Shown in pieces: positions 30,603 through 39,989 of a stretch of DNA of 64,000 nucleotides; within the stretch, counting starts at the first letter, position 1; the number at the start of each line of letters is the position of its first letter. A program made the translations under genes and the position numbers. Below the pieces are notes generated by a model, which worked only from the letters and a program-made list of their open reading frames with translations, was not told the DNA's origin and did no database searches. Origin of the DNA: an uncultured Bacteroides sp. (GTDB lineage Bacteria; Bacteroidota; Bacteroidia; Bacteroidales; Muribaculaceae); the NCBI GenBank assembly GCA_964489495.1, contig CAZAZA010000003.1, positions 1,660-65,659 on the forward strand. The letters run 5' to 3'.

Positions 30603-31564
30603 GGTCAGTCGTTTTCTTTTGTGACATGATATGGCGGACGCTCGCGCACGCTCAGTCCGAGGTGCAGCGTGTCGATACGCCTGGACATCGACGATTCACG
30701 GGTGTTGCTCATATAGTTTTCGCGCTCGTTTGCTTTTTCGGCCTCGATGATCTCGAGTTGCTTTTCGAGTCGCCGCGTGGTGAGTTTCTGGTCTCGCACC
30801 ATATATCTGCTCGATATGTAGGCTTCGAGTTTCCATCCGGTCTTGTCGGAGTTGTGAATCTTGAAGAAGGGCCATTCGCGTATGCGCTGCGACTGGTAGT
30901 ACGTGATATTTGTGAGTATCGGGTAGTTGCGGCGGTAGACGCTCGACGGGCCTTTAATCAGGTGTTTGCGCCACTGTGCGCGGGTGCGGTGCGGGAAATA
31001 CGTGGCCAGCGAGTCGCTCAGGCTGTCGATGGCGAGCATGTAGCGTTCGCGTGCGAACCGCTGCACCTCGTAGTCGATGCGTAGGTTGTATTTGAGCATG
31101 TTGGTGGCTATGATTGTGCCGTCGCATGCCAGCAGGTCGCCTCGGTCGGGCGCTATGGTGTCGACCACGGCCATCATCGAGTCGGCTCTGTGGTTCCAGT
31201 GCTGGGCCATTACCACTGTATTGTCGACGAGTTTCCATGATATGCCTCCCGCGAGCGCGAGAATGCACGCGATAATAACGGCGTAGCGCAGCAGAATCTC
31301 TTTGCGGCCGCCTGATTTTTTGTCTCTTCTGTTTCCGGCCATGGTCAGTCGTTTTCTTTTGTGACATGATATGGCGGACGCTCGCGCACGCTCAGTCCGA
31401 GGTGCAGCGTGTCGATACGCCTGGACATCGACGATTCACGGGTGTTGCTCATATAGTTTTCGCGCTCGTTTGCTTTTTCGGCCTCGATGATCTCGAGTTG
31501 CTTTTCGAGTCGCCGCGTGGTGAGTTTCTGGTCTCGCACCATATATCTGCTCGATATGTAGGCT
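30083..31564. repeat. Perfect tandem duplication, 2 x 740 bp (copy 1 30083-30822, copy 2 30823-31562, 2-bp CT junction microhomology)
   Basis: The sequence from cttcgagtttccatccgg.. onward repeats with a period of exactly 740. Three pairs of ORFs in different frames are identical in the track (30214..30627 = 30954..31367; 30337..30546 = 31077..31286; first 172 aa of 28506..30602 = first 172 aa of 30605..31342). Confidence 0.95.
30605..31342 (-). CDS. Duplication-junction chimeric ORF: FtsI residues 1-172 fused in frame to FtsL residues 50-122
   Basis: 245 aa. The N-terminal 172 aa are identical to ftsI (MAGNRRDKK...DKTGWKLE). The C-terminal 73 aa are identical to the end of ftsL (AYISSRYMVRDQKL...HVTKEND). 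It has the same TGAccATG coupling to upstream ftsL, and its stop has the same coupling to downstream ftsI. Confidence 0.85.
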   Translation of the reverse strand: MAGNRRDKKSGGRKEILLRYAVIIACILALAGGISWKLVDNTVVMAQHWNHRADSMMAVVDTIAPDRGDLLACDGTIIATNMLKYNLRIDYEVQRFARERYMLAIDSLSDSLATYFPHRTRAQWRKHLIKGPSSVYRRNYPILTNITYYQSQRIREWPFFKIHNSDKTGWKLEAYISSRYMVRDQKLTTRRLEKQLEIIEAEKANERENYMSNTRESSMSRRIDTLHLGLSVRERPPYHVTKEND

Positions 31565-31713
31565 ATGGCCATGAACATCAGGCAGGTCACTATCAGCCAG
31601 TGACGCAGGAAGAAATCGACGTTGAACCACCGTCCGTAGGCTGCGTCGGAGAGTATCGTGAGCGGCGATCGGCGTTTCGGTGTGTCTGTTTGTCTGTTAT
31701 TGCGGTCTTGCAT
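31345..31713 (-). CDS. ftsL: FtsL-like small bitopic division protein
   Basis: 122 aa. Single TM helix (WLIVTCLMFMAIAYI) followed by a coiled-coil-like segment (LEKQLEIIEAEKANEREN). Conserved position between rsmH and ftsI. Confidence 0.7.
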   Translation of the reverse strand: MQDRNNRQTDTPKRRSPLTILSDAAYGRWFNVDFFLRHWLIVTCLMFMAIAYISSRYMVRDQKLTTRRLEKQLEIIEAEKANERENYMSNTRESSMSRRIDTLHLGLSVRERPPYHVTKEND

Positions 31714-31738
31714 TGACGGGGTTGTATGAGGAGTGTTC

Positions 31739-32653
31739 TTAAATTTTTTCGGCAGCCCTGAGCTTGGCGCTGCGGCTTCGCGGGTTGCGCTCTACTTCGC
31801 TTGCCGAGGGGGTGACCGGTTTTCCTGTCAGCGTACACCACGGTGAGTCGCTGCGCCCGTAAAGGTCTTTTTCGATAGTGCCGTGGATGTTGCCCGAGCG
31901 CATGAGGTTTTTCACCATACGGTCTTCGAGCGACTGGTAGGTGATCACAGCCAGGCGTCCTCCTGTCCGCAACGCGCCGGCGCACTGTCCGAGGAAGTCG
32001 CTGAGCGCTCCCATTTCGTCGTTGACCTCGATGCGCAGAGCCTGAAACAGAGGGGCGAGTTCTTTTTTCTCGCGTCCACGGCTCAGCAACGGGCCTACGG
32101 CTGCAGTGAGGTCGGCGATGGTGGCGAACCGGTGTGTGTCGCGGGCTTTCACTATTGCTGCGGCGATTCGCGGGGCGGCTTTCAGTTCACCATACAGCCT
32201 GAATATTTCGGTCAGCTTGGTGAGGTCGGCCGTGTTCAGCAGGTCGGCGGCTGTTAGAGTCATTCCACGGTTCATGCGCATGTCGAGAGCTCCTTCGGGC
32301 GAGCGGAACGAGAAGCCTCGGTCGCCGTCGTCGAAGTGGTGGAACGATACCCCGAGGTCTGCAAGTATGCCGTCGACTTTGCCCTCGATGTCGTAAAAAC
32401 GAAGGAAGTCGCTCATATACCGGAAATTGGCGTGTATGGGCGTGATGTGTGGGTGCGGTTCGAAGCGCTTTATGGCATCGCTGTCCTGATCGAACGCAAA
32501 AAGCATTCCGCCGTCACCGAGACGGTCGGCTATGGCGCGTGAATGGCCTCCGCCGCCCAAAGTGGCGTCGACATATATGCCGTCGGGCTTCACGTCAAGA
32601 AGCCCGAGTGTCTCGGGCAGCAAGGCCGGTATGTGATAAACTTCCTGATTCAT
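31739..32653 (-). CDS. rsmH: 16S rRNA (cytosine1402-N4)-methyltransferase
   Basis: 304 aa. YHIPALLPETL..DGIYVDATLGGGGHS.. and ..LADLGVSFHHFD.. motifs. First gene of the dcw cluster here. Confidence 0.95.
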   Translation of the reverse strand: MNQEVYHIPALLPETLGLLDVKPDGIYVDATLGGGGHSRAIADRLGDGGMLFAFDQDSDAIKRFEPHPHITPIHANFRYMSDFLRFYDIEGKVDGILADLGVSFHHFDDGDRGFSFRSPEGALDMRMNRGMTLTAADLLNTADLTKLTEIFRLYGELKAAPRIAAAIVKARDTHRFATIADLTAAVGPLLSRGREKKELAPLFQALRIEVNDEMGALSDFLGQCAGALRTGGRLAVITYQSLEDRMVKNLMRSGNIHGTIEKDLYGRSDSPWCTLTGKPVTPSASEVERNPRSRSAKLRAAEKI

Positions 32654-32845
32654 TGGTAGTTGCGGTCAGGGGCATATGCCTCTGATTTGAGGGGATAAAA
32701 TTAGTCATTTTTGCTGAAAATTTACATATCCAAACAGCACTTTTTTGAACAGGTTCGCCAAAAAAATGCACTCGCCCAACCAATAATCCTGTAATCAGTA
32801 AGTTACCGTTCTAATTTGCAATTGCAAATCAATCGGGGCTGCATA

Positions 32846-34666
32846 TTACTCGATCCTCACCGACGGAGAGATTTGTCCGAAGTCATTGTCGAGTATGTCG
32901 ACATTGCGCGTGCGCAGCAGACGGAAGTTGAATGTGTTGGAATGGAATGCCGGATAGTCGTGGTTAAAAACTATTTTGTTTCCCGAAAAGCGCAGTCCGT
33001 CAACCGATTTGGCAAACAGGAGGGGTGCGTCGAATGTCACGAATTCGTTGTCTTCGATCACTATGCCCGAATGAAAATATTTCTGTTGGGCGGCGAGATT
33101 GTGTATCTCGGGATAGATCGATATGACGGCTTCCGTAAACTGGAACATGTTGGTCAGTGAGTTGACGAAGCGGTTGTGGCGTATTGTCACGTCGCGGCAC
33201 GCCCCGGTCTCAAACCATCCCATGCAGTCGCCGCACAGCAGCACGGCTGTGCCCGATGTGTGGTCGAAGAGATTGCGCTCCACCACGGTGCGTCGCGGCG
33301 TGCTGAACAGCGACCCGCGAGCCCTGTTGTTGCGTATGACGTTGTCGGCAAAGTAGACTTCCGGACTCCAGGTCAGGTTTTCAAATCCGTAAGCCCCGGT
33401 TTCAGTGATGCCGGCGGGTAGCGGAGCAGTGAAGGTGATTTCAAATTCTTTGCATCCGGCCGTTGTAGGAGTGTCGGACGGAATGATTGATTCTATCACA
33501 TACACGCCGTCGATTGTTTCCATTGTCTCTGAGGATATTATCTGTACGGAGTCGCCCGGTTCGCCCCATTTGAATCCATAGCTCTGACCGTGCATATATC
33601 GGGCGCGGACGGTGCGTTCTGATTGTCTGGCTGTCAGTTTCAGGTATGTGCCGTGTACGTTTATGGCATCATCCATCATTCCCTCGTACAGTCCGCCTGT
33701 CGAGCGTATCAGTCCACGGCATCCCGAGAAGTGGGTGGCGTCGGCCTGGGTGGTGAAATATCTCGGGTCGTCAGTCCCTCGGAGTGCCACCTTGAACCCT
33801 TCGAGATTCACGCTGTCGCATAATTGGGCGAGCAGACCCATTCCTTCGGCATAATGTACGGTCACATCGCGCAGAGTGGTGGAGACGCATTCGTCGAGAA
33901 ACACGCCGGGAGCGGGTCTGCCCCATGTGCGTAATGCCACTACTGTTCCCGGTTTCAGCCTGTCGTCATGCCATTTGGGAGCGAAAAATGCAGATTTACC
34001 TCTGGCTATGACACTGTCGACCGGGCACCATAGGTCGCTTGTCCGATAGACAAGGCGACGGGTGTCGTGTTCAAACGCTATCCCGTTCATCGGAGTCATC
34101 TGCCATCCTTCGCCTTTCGACACAAAAGCTCCTTTTCCGTTAACCTCCGCTTTGACCCAGGGAGCTGTCCTGAAGGTGATTCCGTCGGCATTGTTGTCGA
34201 CTATCTCCACTTGGGTGATATGCGGAGTGGCGAAGTCGATGCTGAATCCCGAGAGTGTGCATCCCCGCGATCCTGTCACCGCTACCGGAAGCATGCGTCC
34301 GTGAAACATGAATTCCGCACCTTCGCCGGCAATCGTCACGCTGTCCCAGTTCTCAATCGCAATTCCCACGTTTTTAGGGTTTTCCTGATCGTGGTTCGAA
34401 ATATAGTAAGTGCGGCTTATGCTTCCTTTGGGATAGAAGTCATATCGTCCCGGGGCGAATTTCAATGTGACGGCATGTCCCGCATGGCGTGATTTTATGT
34501 CGGCGAGAGCCCGGGCCACACGGTCGGAAACATTTTTCCCACGGTCAGGTTTGATGCCGTATTCTGCGGCCATGTCGACCACAGTCTGTGCTGATGCCCC
34601 GAGTGATCCGCAGCAGCATGCCGCCGCGATGGCCAGGGCGAATAACTTTCTCATGTCAGATTTCAT
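32846..34666 (-). CDS. Secreted right-handed beta-helix glycoside hydrolase, GH110-like alpha-1,3-galactosidase (probable)
   Basis: 606 aa. Signal peptide. The N-terminal pattern ..GRYDFYP...YYISNHDQENPKNVGI.. and repeated beta-helix segments are recalled from GH110 enzymes. Not verified by search. Confidence 0.6.
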   Translation of the reverse strand: MKSDMRKLFALAIAAACCCGSLGASAQTVVDMAAEYGIKPDRGKNVSDRVARALADIKSRHAGHAVTLKFAPGRYDFYPKGSISRTYYISNHDQENPKNVGIAIENWDSVTIAGEGAEFMFHGRMLPVAVTGSRGCTLSGFSIDFATPHITQVEIVDNNADGITFRTAPWVKAEVNGKGAFVSKGEGWQMTPMNGIAFEHDTRRLVYRTSDLWCPVDSVIARGKSAFFAPKWHDDRLKPGTVVALRTWGRPAPGVFLDECVSTTLRDVTVHYAEGMGLLAQLCDSVNLEGFKVALRGTDDPRYFTTQADATHFSGCRGLIRSTGGLYEGMMDDAINVHGTYLKLTARQSERTVRARYMHGQSYGFKWGEPGDSVQIISSETMETIDGVYVIESIIPSDTPTTAGCKEFEITFTAPLPAGITETGAYGFENLTWSPEVYFADNVIRNNRARGSLFSTPRRTVVERNLFDHTSGTAVLLCGDCMGWFETGACRDVTIRHNRFVNSLTNMFQFTEAVISIYPEIHNLAAQQKYFHSGIVIEDNEFVTFDAPLLFAKSVDGLRFSGNKIVFNHDYPAFHSNTFNFRLLRTRNVDILDNDFGQISPSVRIE

Positions 34667-34685
34667 GGTTTTGGTGATAGCAATC

Positions 34686-36353
34686 TCAATAATGGAACGA
34701 GCTTCCTCCGAGAAATTCGCGCAGCAGTGAGGTCGACGGTATGTATTCTTCGCTGATAGGGGAGAAGTAGCTCAGGAACAGTCGCAGACGGTATGCCTCG
34801 GCATATTCGGGCGTGTCGCGTGGCACTTGCCGCAATATCGATTCACCCCGTTCTTTCATCACGCCAAGCTCGAAGAGCAGCGACGAATTGAACATCGAGT
34901 CGGCGTTTTCCTGATAGGGGAATATCCAGCGTTCCTCGCCACGCCGCACGCTCGGCCATCGGCGTATGGTCTCGACCGCGCTCACTCCACGGTATTTGTA
35001 GTCGCGTATTATTCGGCGAAGCATCCGGTTGTCGGTTGTCGGTATCCAGTTGTGGTCGTCGATCGAGATAGTGGTCAGGGCCGACACATAGACCGTGTAT
35101 GTCATGCTCGGGTCGATGCCGGCCGTCAGTTCGGGGTTGAGGCCGTGGATGCCCTCGATAAGCAGTATCGTGCCGGGTCCGAGCTTTATGCGGTTGCCAC
35201 GGTATTCGCGTTGCCCTTTCTCGAAGTTGTAATATGGAAGCTCCACTTCCTCGCCGCGCAGCAAGGCGTTGAGGTCGCGGTTGAAGGCCTCAAGGTCGAG
35301 TGCGTAAAGCGACTCGAAGTCATATTCTCCCGATTCGTCACGCGGGGTTTGATCCCGGTTCACGAAATAGTCGTCGAGCGAGATCATCTGCGGGCGCAGC
35401 AGGTTGGTCATCATCTGTATGGCCAGGCGTTTGGTGAAAGTGGTTTTGCCCGACGACGACGGGCCGGCCACCAGCACTATGCGTGCGCCCCCGTCGCGGT
35501 ATCGTGCCGTTATCCGGTCGGCAATGTCTGCGAAACATTTGTTCTGAAGAGCCTCGGCCACATTGATTATCATGGCCGATTTTCCCTGGGCAACCTTCTC
35601 GTTCAGCTGCCCCACGTCGCTCACGCCGATTATGCGGTTGAAGTTGAGGTGTTCGGTGAAAGCTTCGAACATCTTGGGCTGAGCCATCGGCTTCCGTGGC
35701 TTGCGCCGGTCATGAGGGTCGGTGCCGAGAAGCAGCAACCCCTGCTCATAGGGCACTAGGTCAAACACGTCGACACATCCGGTCGACAGGGCCAGGGCGC
35801 TGTAATAGCTGTCGCAGACCCCCTCCAGACGGTAATATACCGTATAAAGCTCGTGGGTCGATTTGAGCAGCCGCACTTTGTCATCGAGCTGCTGGTGCTC
35901 GAAGAGTTTTATCACATCCTCGGTGCGCCTTTCCTCGCGCTCGAAAGTGAGGTCGGAGTCGATGATTCCGCGCATGCATTCGCGCAGCCGGCGCACGGTG
36001 CCGGCGTCAGGCTTGCCCCCCGACAGGGTGCAGTAATAGCCGTGCGAGATGGAGTGTTCGATGCGCAGCGACACGCCGGGCAGGATCTGTCGTACGGCCT
36101 TGTAGAGTATCATGCACAGCGACCTGATATACACGCGCTCGCCGCTTGGACAGGTAGGGGGCAGAAATTCTATGGTCTTGGGCGAGAAAACCGGATATTG
36201 CAGCCCCTCGTTCTTGTTGTTGACCCTCGCGCAGATAGGCATGAACGGTATGCGCGGGCCGATGCGCCTGAGTATGTCGGCAAGTGTTGTGCCCCCCTCT
36301 ATTTCGATGTAGTCGTGGGTGTTGGCGCAGTATATCTTTATGTTTCGTTTCAT
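34686..36353 (-). CDS. P-loop nucleoside (uridine/cytidine)-kinase-family protein with N-terminal TGS-like extension
   Basis: 555 aa. Walker A VAGPSSSGKTTF followed by ISLDDYF..., as in the Udk/PRK family. ATG verified. Confidence 0.65.
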   Translation of the reverse strand: MKRNIKIYCANTHDYIEIEGGTTLADILRRIGPRIPFMPICARVNNKNEGLQYPVFSPKTIEFLPPTCPSGERVYIRSLCMILYKAVRQILPGVSLRIEHSISHGYYCTLSGGKPDAGTVRRLRECMRGIIDSDLTFEREERRTEDVIKLFEHQQLDDKVRLLKSTHELYTVYYRLEGVCDSYYSALALSTGCVDVFDLVPYEQGLLLLGTDPHDRRKPRKPMAQPKMFEAFTEHLNFNRIIGVSDVGQLNEKVAQGKSAMIINVAEALQNKCFADIADRITARYRDGGARIVLVAGPSSSGKTTFTKRLAIQMMTNLLRPQMISLDDYFVNRDQTPRDESGEYDFESLYALDLEAFNRDLNALLRGEEVELPYYNFEKGQREYRGNRIKLGPGTILLIEGIHGLNPELTAGIDPSMTYTVYVSALTTISIDDHNWIPTTDNRMLRRIIRDYKYRGVSAVETIRRWPSVRRGEERWIFPYQENADSMFNSSLLFELGVMKERGESILRQVPRDTPEYAEAYRLRLFLSYFSPISEEYIPSTSLLREFLGGSSFHY

Positions 36354-36394
36354 TTCAGTCGCTATTGGTGATCAGATGGTCCACATTGTTGTTA

Positions 36395-36402
36395 CAAAGT
36401 TA
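36395..36402 (-). promoter_or_regulatory. -7 box TAACTTTG (minus strand) for the kinase-family gene
   Basis: The reverse complement of caaagtta matches TAnnTTTG, about 40 nt upstream of the ATG at 36353. Confidence 0.5.
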
Positions 36403-36497
36403 GGCAAATAGTCATGATTATGCAATAGGGTTCACTGCCAAAACATAACATTTGTGAAAAAGCCCGTAAAAGTGTCTGTCGTTTGCTTTAAAAGATG

Positions 36498-36505
36498 TAA
36501 TTTTG
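36498..36505 (+). promoter_or_regulatory. -7 box TAATTTTG for the DUF2723 gene
   Basis: TAnnTTTG match. It overlaps the TTG that opens ORF 36503, which argues for the ATG at 36524 as the true start. Confidence 0.5.
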
Positions 36506-36523
36506 CGCAATCATTACGCGCAT

Positions 36524-39500
36524 ATGAAACGTTACAACCTTTTTAACGACATTCTCGGATGGTTTTGCTTTGTAGTGGCTGCGGTCACTTACATGCTTAC
36601 TCTCGAACCTACCGCAAGTTTCTGGGACTGCCCGGAATTCATCACTCAGGGATACAAACTTGAAATCGGCCACCCGCCGGGAAACCCGATATTTATGCTC
36701 ACGGCAAGATTTTTTGTCAATTTTGTCGGGGGGGACGTAAGTAAGGTGGCATGGGCTGTCAACTGTATGTCAGGACTCCTTTCGGCTGCCACCATTCTCT
36801 TGCTTTTCTGGACCATAACCCATCTGGTCCGGCGCCTGATCGTCAAGGATGACGCAACCGAGGTGCCGGTGGGCCGTATGCTCGTTATTTTCGGCTCGGG
36901 AATCTGCGGTGCGTTGATGTATGCCTGGAGCGATACATTCTGGTTCTCGGCTGTCGAAGGCGAGGTTTATGCGTTCTCGTCGTTCTGCACCGCCCTGGTG
37001 TTCTGGCTTATCCTCAAATGGGAAAACCGTGCCGACCAGCCGCACAGCGACCGCTATCTGGTGCTGATCGCCTATGTCATAGGTATCTCTATCGCCGTCC
37101 ATCTGCTCAACCTGCTCTGTATCCCGGCGATAGTGCTTGTGTTCTACTACCGTAAGTGGCGCAATGTCAACGTCAAAGGGTCGCTCCTTGCGCTCCTCCT
37201 GTCGTTTGTGCTCGTGGCCGTCGTTCTCTACGGACTTGTGCCCGGGTTTATCAAGATGGCACAGTATTTCGAACTGTTGTGTACGAACGTAATGCATATG
37301 CCGTTCAATAGCGGTGCGTTGATTTATGCCGTCATAGTGCTTGCCTTGTTCATCATCACCATAAGGCAGCTCTATGTGCAGCGTCATCCGCTGGCCGAAC
37401 GACTCCTTTTTGCCGGTTGTATAGTCATATCCGGCATCCCGCTTATGGTTCATAACGAGTGGCTCGCCCTGTTTGTGGCTGCCGCCGTATTCGCCGTCAT
37501 GGCCAAGCTGCCTAAAGTCAGCACCCGTGTCATGGCTATCTCCACGCTTAGCCTTCTCGTGATATTCATAGGATATTCGTCATATGCGCTGCTCATCATA
37601 CGCTCGTCGGCCGAAACTCCGATGAATCAGAACTCGCCCGACAATGTGTTTGCACTCAGCAGCTACCTCAACCGCGAGCAGTATGGCGAACGTCCGCTGT
37701 TCTACGGCGTTACGCCTTATTCGGCAGTCACCTATGCTCCCGACGGCAAAGGCAGCTACAGGGCTCGCTACAAGGATGGTGACCGCCAGTATTCCAAGGC
37801 TGTCAAGGCGTCGCCCGACGACCGCGATTCATATGTCATGACCGGTTACAAGCGCGAATACCAGATGGCCCCCGAGCTTGACATGCTGTTCCCGCGTATC
37901 TATTCGAGCGATCCGAATCACATCCAGGCCTATACCGACTGGGTGGGCATGCGCGGCAATCAGGTGAAGTATGCGCAGGTCTACGACTCCCAGGGCAATC
38001 CTATCCCCGGCGGCGACCAGTATGCTGTCAAGCCCACTCTTGGCGAAAGCCTGCAGTTCTTCCTCTCCTACCAGCTTAATTATATGTACTGGCGATACTT
38101 TATGTGGAACTTTGCAGGCCGTCAGAACGACATACAGGGCAATGGCGAGATTAACCACGGAAACTGGATTTCAGGCATACCGTTCATCGACAATCCCCGA
38201 CTTGGCGACCAGTCGCTCCTCCCTTATGACGAGGGCGAGGGAAACAAGGGCCATAACGTGTTCTTCATGCTCCCGCTGATAATGGGTATAATCGGGTTGC
38301 TGTGGCAGGCGTTTGTAAGCAAGCGCGGCATCGAACAGTTCTGGGTGGTGTTCTTTCTCTTCTTCATGACCGGTATAGCAATCGTCATCTACCTCAACCA
38401 AACTCCTCAGCAGCCGCGTGAACGCGACTATGCTTTTGCCGGTTCGTTCTATGCCTATGCCATATGGGTCGGTATGGGAGTGGCCGGGCTGTCATATCTG
38501 CTCCACCGTCTGTTTGACCGCACGAGCAAAGAGGCTGTCAGGAAAGGCGATCATTCCGAAGCGTCTTCGGGGCGCAGCCTTGCCCTGACATGTGTGGCTG
38601 TGGCTGTAGGCGTGATTGTGCCTCTGCAGGTCGTGTCGCAGACCTGGGACGACCACGACCGTTCAGGCCGTTACACCACCCGCGACTTTGGTGAGAATTA
38701 TCTCAACAGTCTCGATGATGACGCCATTATATTCACCAATGGCGACAACGACACCTTCCCCTTGTGGTACGCACAGGAAGTGGAGGGAGTGCGCACCGAC
38801 GTGAAGGTTGTAAACCTCAGCTACCTCACCACCGACTGGTACGCCAACCAGATCCGTCAGCCGTCATATGATGCCAAGCCTATACGCATGACCGCGCAAC
38901 CTGCCGACTATGCCTACGACCGCATGCAATACAGCTATGTCGACCCGAAAGACTCGTCGGTGGTCGATGTACGCCATGCTCTTGCCGACCTTTACTCGCA
39001 GAAAGGCAGCGATATACGCACTGTGCGCTATCCGCGTATGTATCTCCCTGTCGATGCCGAGGCCATGGTTAAGGCCGGACGCATTTCCCCCGAAGAGGCT
39101 GCTGCCGTCGAGCCGCAGCTCCGGATGGATTTCAGTGGGTCGAACGGTCTTGCGCTGAACACTGTTCTCGCGCTTGACATGCTGGCCAATTCGGCTGAGA
39201 ACGGCTGGGACCGTCCGTTGTATTTCGCCATGACGGTGCCCGAGAGCTACTATCTCGGTCTTTCGCCCTATATGCGTAGCACCGGCCTTGCCTATGAAAT
39301 AGGCGCTATTAAGAACCCGGCAGGCACGACCGGAGTCAGGACCGACCGTATGTACGACAATGTCACCTCTAAGTTCAAGTGGGGTGGTCTCGATCAGCCC
39401 GGAGCCGAGAAGCTTTACCTCGACGAGACCGTGCGCCGTATGGTCAACACCAACCGTACAGCCATGATCGATCTCGCTGCCGCTCTTATCCAAGAGGGTA

Positions 39501-39985
39501 AGGACGCCGCAAGGCTTATCGACAGTGCCTCGGTGGCTGTAGATATCGACACGGCGCGTACCCGCGAGTTTGTTGCCGACCGCTTTGCAAAGGCCCGCAA
39601 CGTGCTGGCGATGATGGAAGAGAAGCTGCCCGAGAAAGTGTCGCCGCTTTCGGCACACATGGGTCTTGAGATTGTCGACCTCTACCGCGAGCTGGCCATT
39701 CAGACCGACAGCAAGGAGGACCTCGACCATGCTGTCAGCCTGCTGCAGTCCGAACTCGACAAATATGCGCGTAACTTTGTCTACTATTCCAGCCTGTCGC
39801 AGAGTCAGTTTGCGTCGCTGCAGAATACCGACAAATATATCTATTATTATTATTTCCCCGACCTTGTCCGCACTATGGCGACAATGACCGGCGACTATGA
39901 GGCTGTGGAGAAGCATGTATCTGCTTTAGGAGTCAATCCTTATGCGCTCCAGCAGCTGATTTTCGGTCAGGAAGGGCAAAACTGA
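36524..39985 (+). CDS. DUF2723-family large polytopic membrane protein (glycosyltransferase-like, TMEM260-like)
   Basis: ORF 36503..39985. The ATG at 36524 gives MKRYNLFNDILGW... The motif ASFWDCPEFITQGYKLEIGHPPGNPIFML is characteristic of DUF2723. About 12 TM segments are followed by a large soluble C-terminal half. Confidence 0.75.
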   Translation: MKRYNLFNDILGWFCFVVAAVTYMLTLEPTASFWDCPEFITQGYKLEIGHPPGNPIFMLTARFFVNFVGGDVSKVAWAVNCMSGLLSAATILLLFWTITHLVRRLIVKDDATEVPVGRMLVIFGSGICGALMYAWSDTFWFSAVEGEVYAFSSFCTALVFWLILKWENRADQPHSDRYLVLIAYVIGISIAVHLLNLLCIPAIVLVFYYRKWRNVNVKGSLLALLLSFVLVAVVLYGLVPGFIKMAQYFELLCTNVMHMPFNSGALIYAVIVLALFIITIRQLYVQRHPLAERLLFAGCIVISGIPLMVHNEWLALFVAAAVFAVMAKLPKVSTRVMAISTLSLLVIFIGYSSYALLIIRSSAETPMNQNSPDNVFALSSYLNREQYGERPLFYGVTPYSAVTYAPDGKGSYRARYKDGDRQYSKAVKASPDDRDSYVMTGYKREYQMAPELDMLFPRIYSSDPNHIQAYTDWVGMRGNQVKYAQVYDSQGNPIPGGDQYAVKPTLGESLQFFLSYQLNYMYWRYFMWNFAGRQNDIQGNGEINHGNWISGIPFIDNPRLGDQSLLPYDEGEGNKGHNVFFMLPLIMGIIGLLWQAFVSKRGIEQFWVVFFLFFMTGIAIVIYLNQTPQQPRERDYAFAGSFYAYAIWVGMGVAGLSYLLHRLFDRTSKEAVRKGDHSEASSGRSLALTCVAVAVGVIVPLQVVSQTWDDHDRSGRYTTRDFGENYLNSLDDDAIIFTNGDNDTFPLWYAQEVEGVRTDVKVVNLSYLTTDWYANQIRQPSYDAKPIRMTAQPADYAYDRMQYSYVDPKDSSVVDVRHALADLYSQKGSDIRTVRYPRMYLPVDAEAMVKAGRISPEEAAAVEPQLRMDFSGSNGLALNTVLALDMLANSAENGWDRPLYFAMTVPESYYLGLSPYMRSTGLAYEIGAIKNPAGTTGVRTDRMYDNVTSKFKWGGLDQPGAEKLYLDETVRRMVNTNRTAMIDLAAALIQEGKDAARLIDSASVAVDIDTARTREFVADRFAKARNVLAMMEEKLPEKVSPLSAHMGLEIVDLYRELAIQTDSKEDLDHAVSLLQSELDKYARNFVYYSSLSQSQFASLQNTDKYIYYYYFPDLVRTMATMTGDYEAVEKHVSALGVNPYALQQLIFGQEGQN

Positions 39986-39989
39986 ATAG

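Noticed and set aside
30083-31564. Possibility that the repeated block is a CRISPR-like array or an IS element.
   Set aside because: There are only two copies of 740 bp, directly abutting, made of ordinary ftsL/ftsI coding sequence. There are no terminal inverted repeats, spacers or transposase. It is treated as a segmental tandem duplication.
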